A stretch of DNA of 44,896 bases. Source: a virus. How positions within the stretch are numbered: the stretch's first letter is position 1; the number at the start of each line of letters is the position of its first letter. The stretch is taken from the UHGV virus genome UHGV-0338188; one strand, written 5' to 3'. A model generated the notes under the pieces. The model did not search any database. It was not told the DNA's origin and saw nothing but the letters and a program-made list of their open reading frames with translations. Positions 1 through 8,756 of the stretch are shown here, in pieces. The translations under genes were made by a program, and so were the position numbers.

Positions 1-246
1 AAAGAATTTACGCCAGGCGGAACGCTCGAAGCGCTTGTGTTAGATTTGTCGGAGTTCATACGGACAGGCAAACCAACCAACGGAAATAATGGATATGGCG
101 GTGTATATGCGCCAACAGAACATTGGGGCTATTCGATCGAAGAAATGGAAGAAATCAGATCGTATGCAAAGGAAATCGGATTTGCTAAGGAGGAAAGAAA
201 TGGAAGGGTTGAATTTGAAAACGTTCGTTGTGGTCAACGGCAATGA
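1..246 (+). CDS. hypothetical early protein, C-terminal part (5' part is 44675..44896 if the genome is circular)
   Basis: Frame-1 reading is open from base 1 to TGA at 244..246. The last ORF of the window ends at 44896 exactly on a codon boundary in the same register. Confidence 0.5.
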   Translation, partial: KEFTPGGTLEALVLDLSEFIRTGKPTNGNNGYGGVYAPTEHWGYSIEEMEEIRSYAKEIGFAKEERNGRVEFENVRCGQRQ

Positions 247-430
247 ATACATGGTCAGCACCGTTTATGTTTACGTTTTGGGATGGGAAACGATGGTTTT
301 CAGAACAATCGGCAATCAAACGGTTGTGGATTGGCAAGAAATAGATAGATATACCAGGCGTTACTTTTCCGAGGAAAAAGCAAGAGAAGGCCACCGGGAA
401 ACAATCATCGCTTTAAAGAGGGATGCTTGA
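200..430 (+). CDS. hypothetical protein (76 aa)
   Basis: ATG at 200 is preceded by AAGGAGG (187..193) with a 6-nt spacer. The longer 89..430 ORF has no RBS, and its N-terminal part looks like an off-frame reading of the overlapping gene. Confidence 0.5.
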   Translation: MEGLNLKTFVVVNGNEYMVSTVYVYVLGWETMVFRTIGNQTVVDWQEIDRYTRRYFSEEKAREGHRETIIALKRDA

Positions 431-490
431 TGGATGCATATCAACGTCACTTGATAATAAGAATATTAACAGAAAGAAGGAGCAAATAGA

Positions 491-835
491 ATGAACCAAC
501 GCCAGAAGAAAAAACAACTGAAAAAGATCGTTGATCTAATGAATCAAATCGAAATCGATGCTTATGACGGTCAGGGGAATGAATTGTTTTACGTTTTGGC
601 CGAAGCAAACGAAAAACATCAAGCAATCCTTGAAAAAATATGCAGTATAACGAAGGCAAACAAGTTATTGATTCATATGATGTACGAATACGAAGGAATG
701 ATGGATGATTTTGAAGATTGGGTCGTACAATTTGATCTAACGGATGCATGGATGCTTATCAAGCAATGGCCGAAGAAATATGACATGGCTTATAATTCGA
801 AAAAAGGATTTGTGATCGTGAGGGATCAAATATGA
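491..835 (+). CDS. hypothetical protein (114 aa)
   Basis: RBS AAGGAG 8 nt upstream of the ATG; protein-like composition. Confidence 0.6.
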   Translation: MNQRQKKKQLKKIVDLMNQIEIDAYDGQGNELFYVLAEANEKHQAILEKICSITKANKLLIHMMYEYEGMMDDFEDWVVQFDLTDAWMLIKQWPKKYDMAYNSKKGFVIVRDQI

Positions 836-1059
836 CAAACAAAGAGATCAAAGAAGCATTGCAACAAGAGGGAATGCCAATGTTAAGAACCATGAAAGGG
901 AATCTAGTTTTATATCTACCAGTAGGATCAACAGATCGATATAAACCGATCGCAGAAACCTGGCACAGGAAATGGATCATCCTTGATGATATCAAGCTTT
1001 TGGGAAACCAGGCGTTTGATGTAATCAAGCTATTAAATAAATGGGATCATAAAAACTAA
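832..1059 (+). CDS. hypothetical protein (75 aa)
   Basis: ATGA overlap with the preceding gene; GAGGG RBS. Confidence 0.55.
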   Translation: MTNKEIKEALQQEGMPMLRTMKGNLVLYLPVGSTDRYKPIAETWHRKWIILDDIKLLGNQAFDVIKLLNKWDHKN

Positions 1060-1067
1060 TTAATGAT

Positions 1068-1081
1068 GTTTCACATGGAAC
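1068..1081. promoter_or_regulatory. conserved 14-bp near-palindrome GTTTCACATGGAAC (motif copy 1)
   Basis: Member of the GTTTCAYRTGRAAC family, which recurs at 7049, 12860, 29096 and 39577. Lies just after the last early gene. Confidence 0.5.
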
Positions 1082-1250
1082 ATTAGTGTATAATGAATGA
1101 AGATGCCACGGCATCGATCATTTGGTTTCTTCTTTCATGATTCAAGTCCGATTTTTGTTGGAGAAGTCGGCAACGATGTGGATTGATTGGACTACTCACA
1201 ATTTTCCATTTCTTATCCTATCGAATTCGGCCGTTGGTGGTCGGGATGAA

Positions 1251-1277
1251 GGTTTGCTTAACAGCAAGCCTTTTTTT
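1251..1277 (+). terminator. rho-independent terminator at the end of the early region
   Basis: GGTTTGCT-TAAC-AGCAAGCC gives an 8-bp stem (one G-U pair) followed by TTTTTTT. Confidence 0.7.
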
Positions 1278-1290
1278 GTTGGTTTCCGTG

Positions 1291-1296
1291 TATAAT
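1291..1296 (+). promoter_or_regulatory. putative -10 box (TATAAT, preceded by GTG) of the late/packaging operon promoter
   Basis: TATAAT lies 14 nt after the terminator and 32 nt before the ParB-like gene start. No good -35 element. Confidence 0.35.
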
Positions 1297-1328
1297 AGAC
1301 GTATCAAATGCAAGAAAGGAGAAAGGAC

Positions 1329-1949
1329 ATGAAAAACAATGATGAAATGATCGGATCAAAAGAAATCAAGATCGTTCCGATCGATATAGTGATCCCTTAC
1401 GAAGAAAATCCACGCTTGAATGATAAGGCGGTGGAGTACGTGAAGAATTCAATCAAACAATTCAAATTTGCACAGCCGATCGCAGTCGACAAAGATGGCG
1501 TGATCATTGCAGGACATACGAGATATAGAGCATCGAAGGAATTAGGGTTGGAAAGTGTGCCGGTAGTCGTATTGGACTATTTAACCGATGAAGAGGTCAA
1601 GGCTTATCGATTGGCAGATAATAAAGTGGCCGAATTTGCTGATTGGGATTTTGAAAAGCTTAATTTAGAATTAGACAGCTTATTGGATACAGAAATCAGC
1701 ATGGAAGATTTTGGCTTTGCATTCAATACCGAATTAGAGTTCGAAGACGAAGAAGAGCAGGAAGCATCGGACATGATACAGATCAAATTTGCATTAGCAC
1801 CAGAGCAAGCCGAGATCATGGAAGGTGTGTTCCAGTTATTAGAACCGAATTCAAAGACATACGGCAACGAAGATCAATTGGGAAACAAGTTCTTTTCATT
1901 AGCAGAGCAGTGGGCTAAGATGAAGCAGGAAGCGAGGGGATCAGATTGA
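1329..1949 (+). CDS. ParB-like nuclease domain protein
   Basis: N-terminal PIAVDKDGVIIAGHTRYRASKELG resembles the ParB/Srx fold. ATG at 1329 has an AAGGAG RBS; the ATG at 1308 has none. The gene overlaps terS. Confidence 0.65.
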   Translation: MKNNDEMIGSKEIKIVPIDIVIPYEENPRLNDKAVEYVKNSIKQFKFAQPIAVDKDGVIIAGHTRYRASKELGLESVPVVVLDYLTDEEVKAYRLADNKVAEFADWDFEKLNLELDSLLDTEISMEDFGFAFNTELEFEDEEEQEASDMIQIKFALAPEQAEIMEGVFQLLEPNSKTYGNEDQLGNKFFSLAEQWAKMKQEARGSD

Positions 1950-2551
1950 CGAAGAAGAAGCCGGCCGATCAAAAGAAACGTGCAGGCCGTAAAAGCAAGT
2001 ATGAAACACACGTCAAGCCTTACTTTGAGCGCATCGAACTGATGAAGAAAAACGGATATCACGATGAAGACATCGCAAAAGCATTGGACGTCAACAAGTC
2101 GACATTCTCATCTTTTAAAAGCAAATATCCCGAATTAAGAGAATTATTGGAAAAGGCAAACGTTGATCTTGAATTGAAAGTGATCGATTCGTTAGCACAA
2201 CGAGCCGTAGGGATGAGATACACCGAAAAGAAGAAGATCATGCGCAAGAAAGAAGGCCAGGTGGTATTTCAAGAGATCGTGGAAACAGAGAAATTCTTGC
2301 CACCAGACGTGGGGGCAATAGCGTTATACATGAAACGTAACAACATTTACAACACAGCAGAAGAAGAATTGACGAAAGCCCGGATCAGAAAGGCCAACGC
2401 CGAAACGGATATGCTAACCGGAGAAAGCCAGGGAGAAGATGCAAACAATTGGGCGCAAGGCGTGCTAAGCCTTACAGAAAGACAAAGAATGGCCAACGGA
2501 GAGCGCAGGCGCATCTTTGATGATGAGGAAACGGACAAAATGGAAGAGTAA
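1946..2551 (+). CDS. terS: terminase small subunit (TTG start)
   Basis: Basic N-terminus with an HTH-like segment (DEDIAKALDVNKSTFSSFK). Sits immediately upstream of the large terminase. GAGGGG RBS 6 nt before TTG. Confidence 0.65.
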   Translation: MTKKKPADQKKRAGRKSKYETHVKPYFERIELMKKNGYHDEDIAKALDVNKSTFSSFKSKYPELRELLEKANVDLELKVIDSLAQRAVGMRYTEKKKIMRKKEGQVVFQEIVETEKFLPPDVGAIALYMKRNNIYNTAEEELTKARIRKANAETDMLTGESQGEDANNWAQGVLSLTERQRMANGERRRIFDDEETDKMEE

Positions 2552-2670
2552 CGTTATTTTTATTTTGTACCGCCACCGGAGCAGTATCAAACGAAAGTAT
2601 TGATATATCAACAATCATGAAAAAACGGCAATTTTAGCAGACTGTTATTTTTGCCAGAAAGGAAAGAAAT

Positions 2671-4146
2671 ATGACTGAAAAAGATAAAACTATCGAAGCA
2701 GATAAGATCGATTGGGCAGAGATTGTCAGCGTATATTACAATGATCCGGTCGCATTCGCAGAAGACTTTTTGAATTTCGTACCGGATGATTGGCAAGCAA
2801 AAGTTATGTATGATATATGTGATCATCCATTCGTTGCCGTTAAGTCCGGTCAAGGTGTGGGGAAAACCGGGGTCGAATCAGCAGTGATCTTGTGGTACTT
2901 ATGCACAAGGCCGAATGCAAGGATCGTGGCAACAGCACCAACGAAACAGCAGTTGCAAGATGTCTTGTGGGCGGAGGTTTCGAAGTGGCTTGTAAACACG
3001 AAACTCGAACGATTGATCACGTGGACGAAAACAAAGATATACATGAACGGTCATGGGGAACGATGGTTCGCAGTAGCTAAGACATCTAACCGGCCAGAAA
3101 ATATGCAGGGTTATCACGAAGAAAACATGATATTCATTGTGGACGAAGCATCCGGGATCGATGACGAAGTAATGGAAGCCGTATTGGGTACGTTGTCCGG
3201 CAAAGACAACAAGCTTTTGATGATGGGAAACCCCACGAAAGTTTCCGGGATATTCTACGATGCATTTCATAAGGATCGCAGAGATTACAAAACACACACA
3301 GTCGATTCCAGGAACAGCCCAAGAGCATCCAAAGAAAACATCCGGCGTTTGATCAATCGATACGGCGAAGAAAGTGACGTGGTGGCAGTCCGTGTCAAAG
3401 GGGATTTTCCAAGCGGAGAGCCGAACGCATTCATTTCACTAACCGAAGTAGAAAAGGCCGTGTCAAGAGATTTGGAAGGTTACGAGAAACGCAGGTTCGA
3501 TGCTTACAAGTTTTATACAAACGGCGTGATCCAGAACATCATCGATATTCCAAAAGATGCAGAAATACGGATTGGGGTCGATATTGCCAGACATGGGGAT
3601 GATGAAACGGTTCTCGCACCACGTGTCGGCCTTTACTCGCTACCATTGCAAACATTCGGAAAGCAAGACTTAATGACCACCACAGGGCGCATCATGCTAA
3701 TGGCGAAGGAACTACATGAGATATACAACCGCAAGATCGCAATCACATTGGATGATACAGGGGTCGGCGGTGGTGTCACAGACCGACTGAAAGAGATCGT
3801 GACAGAAGAAAATTTGGATTGGATGCAGGTCGATCCGGTCAACTTTGCTGAAAAAGGTAACGATGATTATATGGGCGTTATCTCTTTGATGTATGGGAAC
3901 TTTAAAGATTACATTGATTCCATCAAATTGCCAGATGATAACGACATGATCGGACAACTTACGATCCGCCGGTTCGATGTCGAAAGCAAAGGGCGCATCA
4001 AGATCGAATCCAAAAAGGAAATGAAGCGCCGTGGCCATCCGTCACCGGATAGAGCCGAAGCCGTTGTGATGTCTTATTACAAACCGCCATTCGATGCTAG
4101 TCAATTCAAGATAACGCCACAAGTGATCAAAATTAATAAGAAATAG
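2671..4146 (+). CDS. terL: terminase large subunit
   Basis: Walker A-like VKSGQGVGKT and Walker B-like IFIVDEASGI; 491 aa; C-terminal nuclease-like region. Confidence 0.85.
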   Translation: MTEKDKTIEADKIDWAEIVSVYYNDPVAFAEDFLNFVPDDWQAKVMYDICDHPFVAVKSGQGVGKTGVESAVILWYLCTRPNARIVATAPTKQQLQDVLWAEVSKWLVNTKLERLITWTKTKIYMNGHGERWFAVAKTSNRPENMQGYHEENMIFIVDEASGIDDEVMEAVLGTLSGKDNKLLMMGNPTKVSGIFYDAFHKDRRDYKTHTVDSRNSPRASKENIRRLINRYGEESDVVAVRVKGDFPSGEPNAFISLTEVEKAVSRDLEGYEKRRFDAYKFYTNGVIQNIIDIPKDAEIRIGVDIARHGDDETVLAPRVGLYSLPLQTFGKQDLMTTTGRIMLMAKELHEIYNRKIAITLDDTGVGGGVTDRLKEIVTEENLDWMQVDPVNFAEKGNDDYMGVISLMYGNFKDYIDSIKLPDDNDMIGQLTIRRFDVESKGRIKIESKKEMKRRGHPSPDRAEAVVMSYYKPPFDASQFKITPQVIKINKK

Positions 4147-4158
4147 GGGGATAACACA

Positions 4159-5679
4159 ATGAATTTTTTTAACAAGAGCATCCGGGAAAAGAAAGAACGT
4201 GAGAAAGCCAGCAAGGAAAAGCGAAGTCGTGAATTAGTCATGCAACAGTTGGATGCAGTAGGCAACCAGGCCAGGGATATGATTTCGGTCATGGCCGTTA
4301 AGAAAGCTGAAAAGAATCCAAAAGGACGGCAGACAGAACCAAAATATGAGCAGTTTAATCTAATTAAGAATATGCCGATCAAGCGTGAATATTATCGATC
4401 AAAACAAGCGATCGAATTGCTTTATTATATTTTGAATGTAACGCCGGATGGATCGCAGGCAAAGAACAATTATTTGCGATTAGCTAACAAGGGGCATTAT
4501 GTCGAAGTATTGGGATTCGATGGTAAACCGCACGCAGAAGGTACAGCATACATCAACGAAGAACTTGCGCCACGCATCGGCAAGATATACGGCAAGGGCG
4601 CTGATGGCCTGGTAGACGTGTTGAATCTATCGGCATATGTTTCCGGAGCGGAAGCAATGGAAGTCGAATTGACGGAAAACCTCGATGATGTCGTAGACTT
4701 TCACATCATTTCGCCAGAAACCTTGCAATACATCATCAAGGAAGAAGATGGAACGTTGCAATTGGCGCAGGTTTTAACAGACGGAACAACACAGGAATTG
4801 AATGATCAAGTCCGATACATCCCGATCGATCCGATGATTGATGATCCTTATGGAGTAAGTCCGATCATTCCGGCATTGCAAGCGTTGATCTTTCAAAAAG
4901 AATTCATTGACGATCTGAAAGCAGTAGCGCATCATCAAGGCCACGCAAGAATGGATGTTTCCATCGTAGCCGATAGCATCATTTCATCAGCACCAGACAG
5001 CATCAAGAATGATCCAGAACGATTGACAACGTTTGTGAACCAACAGATCGATCAGATCAAGTCAGACTTTGAGGAATTAGAGCCAACAAGTGACTTTTTC
5101 CACACAGACGGCGTGAAAGTGGATATGGCAGGCGGAACACAAGGAAGATCGATGGATTTCACACCGCTAATGACCGTAGTCGATCGACAAGTTATGCAGG
5201 CGCTGAAACAATTGCCGATCTTGATGGGTAGAAACGAATCGACAACAGAAACGCATGGATCAATCCAATGGCAAATCTTTGTTGATACTATCGAAGCCTG
5301 GCAGAACGTCACAAAACGGATGCTTGAATGGGGATACAACCTGGCATTGCAGGTCAAAGGCATCCCGGCAAAAGCGACAGTGACATTTGAGAAGGTACGT
5401 GCGGAAGATCGCAAGGCAGAAGCCGAAGCATACGAAATCGAGATCAGAAACAATCAGGCTTTATATCAACAAGGCATCATCGATCAAGAAACGTTTGCTA
5501 TGAATACCACCGGAGAAGACCCGGCAGAAGAAACGCCACGATCCCAGGGAACAGGCACAAGCGGTTCGGGAACGAACTTTTCATCGCTATTGGCTAAGTA
5601 CAGCACACAGGCCAACGAAGAAGGCACAGAAGAGGACGAAGAGAACGCCGGTCGTAGCCGTTCGGCATTTCCCTATTAA
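4159..5679 (+). CDS. portal protein
   Basis: 506 aa immediately after terL; acidic C-terminus; position and size typical of SPP1-like portals. Confidence 0.75.
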   Translation: MNFFNKSIREKKEREKASKEKRSRELVMQQLDAVGNQARDMISVMAVKKAEKNPKGRQTEPKYEQFNLIKNMPIKREYYRSKQAIELLYYILNVTPDGSQAKNNYLRLANKGHYVEVLGFDGKPHAEGTAYINEELAPRIGKIYGKGADGLVDVLNLSAYVSGAEAMEVELTENLDDVVDFHIISPETLQYIIKEEDGTLQLAQVLTDGTTQELNDQVRYIPIDPMIDDPYGVSPIIPALQALIFQKEFIDDLKAVAHHQGHARMDVSIVADSIISSAPDSIKNDPERLTTFVNQQIDQIKSDFEELEPTSDFFHTDGVKVDMAGGTQGRSMDFTPLMTVVDRQVMQALKQLPILMGRNESTTETHGSIQWQIFVDTIEAWQNVTKRMLEWGYNLALQVKGIPAKATVTFEKVRAEDRKAEAEAYEIEIRNNQALYQQGIIDQETFAMNTTGEDPAEETPRSQGTGTSGSGTNFSSLLAKYSTQANEEGTEEDEENAGRSRSAFPY

Positions 5680-5686
5680 GCCCGGA

Positions 5687-6652
5687 ATGAACCGGGCAGA
5701 AGGATCAGACGAATTCATTGCAGAGATCGGACAGCCGTTTTCGGATGAGGTAGCCAAGCGATCGATAAAGATGCAAGATGAGATCACGAAGCTATTAAGC
5801 AAACAACGTGGCTATTTCGAAAAGATGATCAAAGAATCAACAGCTTTGCCGGATTTGCTTGTGGATAAGTATACCGGAGAGAAAGAAGACAGCGAAAAGC
5901 GGATTGATTTCGAAGATTTTGGCTTTGAGTTTGACACAGAACAAGAGAAAGAAGCGTTCCTTTTATGGTTCAAAGCGAATTTTTACACCGATGAAATGGA
6001 TAAATTGATGCAAGAGGAATGGACGGAAATCCTTATGCGTTGGATCACAGACATCGTGACAGTGGTCGGCGAAATTAATCTTGCAGTTATCGGCATCGAT
6101 ACCGATTTCGGTTGGATCGATGATGCATTAGTCGAGCAAGTCGAATATATGGCCACCACATCCACAAGGGAAATAGTGGGAACAAACTATCGATCAGTTA
6201 TGAAAAACATCCTGACAACGGTCAAGAAGGGCAATTGGTCGATTCCGGAAGCCGTGAAGAACCTCAAAGAAGAGTTTGCCTTTTCGAATAAGCGTGCAAA
6301 AGTGATCGCACGAACGGAGATATTGCGAGCACAGTCAACAGGCCAATTCGGATCGGACATCGATGCATATGATCGGGGATTGATCATTGGCAAGGAATGG
6401 CACAGCACGCACGATCATCGCACAAGAGATTCGCACGTGTCAGCAGATGGCCAGATTCGGGAGTTCCTAGAGCCGTTCGAATTAGTCAGCAATGGCACAG
6501 TATCTTATATGTTTTTCCCAAGAGATACATCGCTATCAGCGCCAGCAAACGAGGTCGTTCAGTGCAGATGTTTCTATACTCGTATCATGGCAGGACAGGA
6601 ACAAAAAATGATCGATGCCGGATATAGCGTTGACGAAAAAGAAATCAACTGA
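5687..6652 (+). CDS. head morphogenesis protein (SPP1 gp7 / Mu F-like)
   Basis: 321 aa following the portal gene; the C-terminal WHSTHDHRTRDSH...CRC region is typical of the MuF-like family. Confidence 0.65.
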   Translation: MNRAEGSDEFIAEIGQPFSDEVAKRSIKMQDEITKLLSKQRGYFEKMIKESTALPDLLVDKYTGEKEDSEKRIDFEDFGFEFDTEQEKEAFLLWFKANFYTDEMDKLMQEEWTEILMRWITDIVTVVGEINLAVIGIDTDFGWIDDALVEQVEYMATTSTREIVGTNYRSVMKNILTTVKKGNWSIPEAVKNLKEEFAFSNKRAKVIARTEILRAQSTGQFGSDIDAYDRGLIIGKEWHSTHDHRTRDSHVSADGQIREFLEPFELVSNGTVSYMFFPRDTSLSAPANEVVQCRCFYTRIMAGQEQKMIDAGYSVDEKEIN

Positions 6653-6786
6653 TAGTATTAATTTTGTCAGAAGAACCGAACACAATTATACAAAACTAAA
6701 AAATTCACTATTTTTTATCGGTTTAACTGATTCTTTCTTTTTCTTTAATGCATGTGAGGTCGTAAGGGGAAACGATCAGCGGATGA

Positions 6787-6813
6787 GGGTTGCGAAAGCA
6801 ATCCTTTTCGTTT
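6787..6813 (+). terminator. rho-independent terminator (T1) inside the structural-module gap
   Basis: GGGTTGC-GAAA-GCAATCC gives a 7-bp stem with a GNRA loop, followed by TTTTCGTTT. Confidence 0.55.
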
Positions 6814-6911
6814 ATACTTAATGCATACCTACTTTTTCATTTGTTTTTTTCCATACAAGGGAACTCTTTCATTCGAGAAGCGGCGCTGACGTTTTCAGTG
6901 CCGTTTTTTTA

Positions 6912-6920
6912 TGTTAAAAT
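6912..6920 (+). promoter_or_regulatory. extended -10 element (TGTTAAAAT) of a candidate sRNA promoter
   Basis: TGnTAaAAT motif with a weak -35 element. Confidence 0.3.
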
Positions 6921-6927
6921 GAACATA

Positions 6928-7010
6928 CCATGCGGAAACATGGCGTGTTTAACAAAAACCTATCTTTCGACAAGGGGCGATCTCATCTTTTGATGGGGTT
7001 GCCTTTTTAT
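6928..7010 (+). ncRNA. candidate small RNA (~85 nt) running from the predicted TSS to terminator T2
   Basis: Bounded by an extended -10 element and a strong terminator. Only a 17-codon ORF without an RBS lies inside it. A CCATG-N6-CATGG hairpin sits at 6928..6943. Confidence 0.3.
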
Positions 7011-7013
7011 TTT
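6976..7013 (+). terminator. rho-independent terminator (T2), + strand specific
   Basis: GGCGAUCUCAUC-UUUU-GAUGGGGUUGCC gives a 12-bp stem with three G-U pairs, followed by UUUUUAUUUU. The G-U pairs form only in the + strand transcript. Confidence 0.7.
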
Positions 7014-7033
7014 GCGCAGAAACGCTTGTTTGC

Positions 7034-7042
7034 TGATATAAT
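7034..7042 (+). promoter_or_regulatory. extended -10 promoter element (TGATATAAT)
   Basis: Consensus TGnTATAAT; lies 37 nt upstream of the sORF start. Confidence 0.5.
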
Positions 7043-7048
7043 CGAATT

Positions 7049-7062
7049 GTTACATGTGAAAC
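7049..7062. promoter_or_regulatory. motif copy 2 (GTTACATGTGAAAC)
   Basis: Lies 6 nt after the -10 element and 3 nt before RBS GGGAGGG. Confidence 0.5.
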
Positions 7063-7078
7063 ATAGGGAGGGAAAATC

Positions 7079-7210
7079 GTGCAGGAAATGAAGAAAACGA
7101 ACCGAAAACATGAAAAAACAGCAGAAATAGCATTCAAAACCGGATATGACAAGCAAAACGAAGATATTTCTGCTAAAATTCTAGTGAAGACGAAAGGAGG
7201 TGGAGAATAA
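7079..7210 (+). CDS. small lysine-rich protein (43 aa, GTG start); its stop overlaps the protease ATG
   Basis: GGGAGGG RBS 6 nt before GTG; TAAATG junction with the next gene. Confidence 0.4.
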   Translation: MQEMKKTNRKHEKTAEIAFKTGYDKQNEDISAKILVKTKGGGE

Positions 7211-8347
7211 ATGAATTTATACGAAAGACAAATGACGGTTCAAACAGCATCCGGAAACGTGGAGCAATACATGGATCGCATTAATCAAATGTCACATGTG
7301 CAATTAAGTGCAGAAGATGTGTTCGTGTATCAAGGTATTATCTCATCGGATGCGATGGATAGTTACTATACAAAAATGGATGCAGAAACTTCCTTGCGAA
7401 ACTATGCCAACGATCTGAAAGCAGGAACGCCATTAATGACGTATCACGAAACATCACAATCGCCGATCGGCCGATCCTTTGATTCATCAATTGATGTCAA
7501 AGAGGATGGGAAAACAGTTGTTCGGGGATTGTTTTACATCGTTCGTCATACGAAAATCAATGGAGAAAGCACAGATGATCTTATCCGCCAGATCGAAACA
7601 GGAACATTGACAGAAATGTCAGTGGGATTTGGTGGGATAAATTTATGGTATAAATCAAGTTACGATGGCAAAGATATCTATGAATCACGCTACTATCCAG
7701 GAGATAAAGACGAAAACGGCAATTTAGTGTATTATTACATTATGGATGCGACGTTGCGAGAAGTTTCTCTTGTTTACAAGGGAGCTTGCCCGGATGCCGT
7801 AGTCGAACGAATCAGAAACGATTTGCCGAATATGGAGGATGCCGAAAGACAAATCCAGAAATACGAAACACGTTTCAACGTTCGGATCGATATGCCAAAA
7901 CAGCGTAGCAAGGAGGGAAAACGGATGAACATTGAAGAAATCACAAGAGCAGTAGAAAAAGGCGATTTGCAACGTGGCGAATTGCTGAAAGCATTAAAAG
8001 TCGATGCAATCACAGAAGGTCAACGTTCGATCCTTAAAGAATTGGGCGAAGATGCAAGCATCGAAACCGTTCGATCGCTGAAAGAAAAAGCAGAGATCGG
8101 AGAACGAGCATTCAACGAAAAATTGGATGAGTTAGTGAAAGCACGTGTTGCGATTGGTCAAGAGTTCGATCAAGAAAAATACAAAGAACAAATGCGATCA
8201 ATGGATGTCGATTTCATCGAAGATCAAACACGATTATTCGAAGATATCAAGAAAGCAGAGTTCAAACCAGGCCGACAAACACAAAAACAAAATGATGAAG
8301 ATGGCAAAGCCATTTTCGTAAGTGAATCATATAAGGGGGAGAAATAA
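7211..8347 (+). CDS. prohead protease (S78-like) fused to a scaffold-like coiled-coil domain
   Basis: The N-terminal half has a His...EDG..GL...SVGF pattern like HK97-family proteases. The C-terminal roughly 150 aa is K/E-rich coiled coil. RBS GGAGGTGGAG. Confidence 0.6.
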   Translation: MNLYERQMTVQTASGNVEQYMDRINQMSHVQLSAEDVFVYQGIISSDAMDSYYTKMDAETSLRNYANDLKAGTPLMTYHETSQSPIGRSFDSSIDVKEDGKTVVRGLFYIVRHTKINGESTDDLIRQIETGTLTEMSVGFGGINLWYKSSYDGKDIYESRYYPGDKDENGNLVYYYIMDATLREVSLVYKGACPDAVVERIRNDLPNMEDAERQIQKYETRFNVRIDMPKQRSKEGKRMNIEEITRAVEKGDLQRGELLKALKVDAITEGQRSILKELGEDASIETVRSLKEKAEIGERAFNEKLDELVKARVAIGQEFDQEKYKEQMRSMDVDFIEDQTRLFEDIKKAEFKPGRQTQKQNDEDGKAIFVSESYKGEK

Positions 8348-8348
8348 A

Positions 8349-8756
8349 ATGGCAAAAAGAACGCAAGTTTTAACACCAACAAACGGCATCAACCTAACCG
8401 TATATCCTAAAGCCGGCCAAGTAATCAAACCTGGCGATGCTTTAGTATTAGACACAACGGATGCGCTAGGTTATGGCGTTAAGTTAGCAGGAGCAAACGA
8501 AGCGCCTTTATTCGTTGCAATGATCGGCAATGAGATCGGCGAAGCAAAAACAAAACGCAACACAATTTCCGCAAAAGTAGTCGGCAAATACAACACTGTT
8601 TTATCATTGCCAAGCGATGATAGTGCAAACATCGGCGATTATGTATTGCCAGATGGAAACGGCGTATATGTCAAAGAAACAGTGGCAGAAGAAGGAACGC
8701 CAAAAGGATTCCTAGTTGTCTATAAAGACAGCAAAAAAGTGGAGGTGCTATTCTAA
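8349..8756 (+). CDS. hypothetical head protein (135 aa; possible decoration protein)
   Basis: ATG at 8349 is preceded by AAGGGGGAG; lies between the protease/scaffold and major capsid genes. Confidence 0.55.
   Translation: MAKRTQVLTPTNGINLTVYPKAGQVIKPGDALVLDTTDALGYGVKLAGANEAPLFVAMIGNEIGEAKTKRNTISAKVVGKYNTVLSLPSDDSANIGDYVLPDGNGVYVKETVAEEGTPKGFLVVYKDSKKVEVLF

Noticed and set aside
89-430. 113-aa ORF starting at 89
   Set aside because: Its first roughly 37 codons overlap the junction-spanning gene in another frame and have a K/R-rich off-frame look. An internal ATG at 200 has a perfect AAGGAGG RBS.
2552-2670. Possible terminator between terS and terL (CGGCAA...TTGCCA dyad)
   Set aside because: The stem is imperfect and only 5 of 6 positions pair. 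There is no convincing U-tract. The gap is more likely a simple intergenic spacer.
6790-6993. 67-aa + strand ORF inside the non-coding island
   Set aside because: It has no RBS, spans two terminator hairpins and has Phe/Leu-rich junk-like composition. The region is better explained as non-coding.
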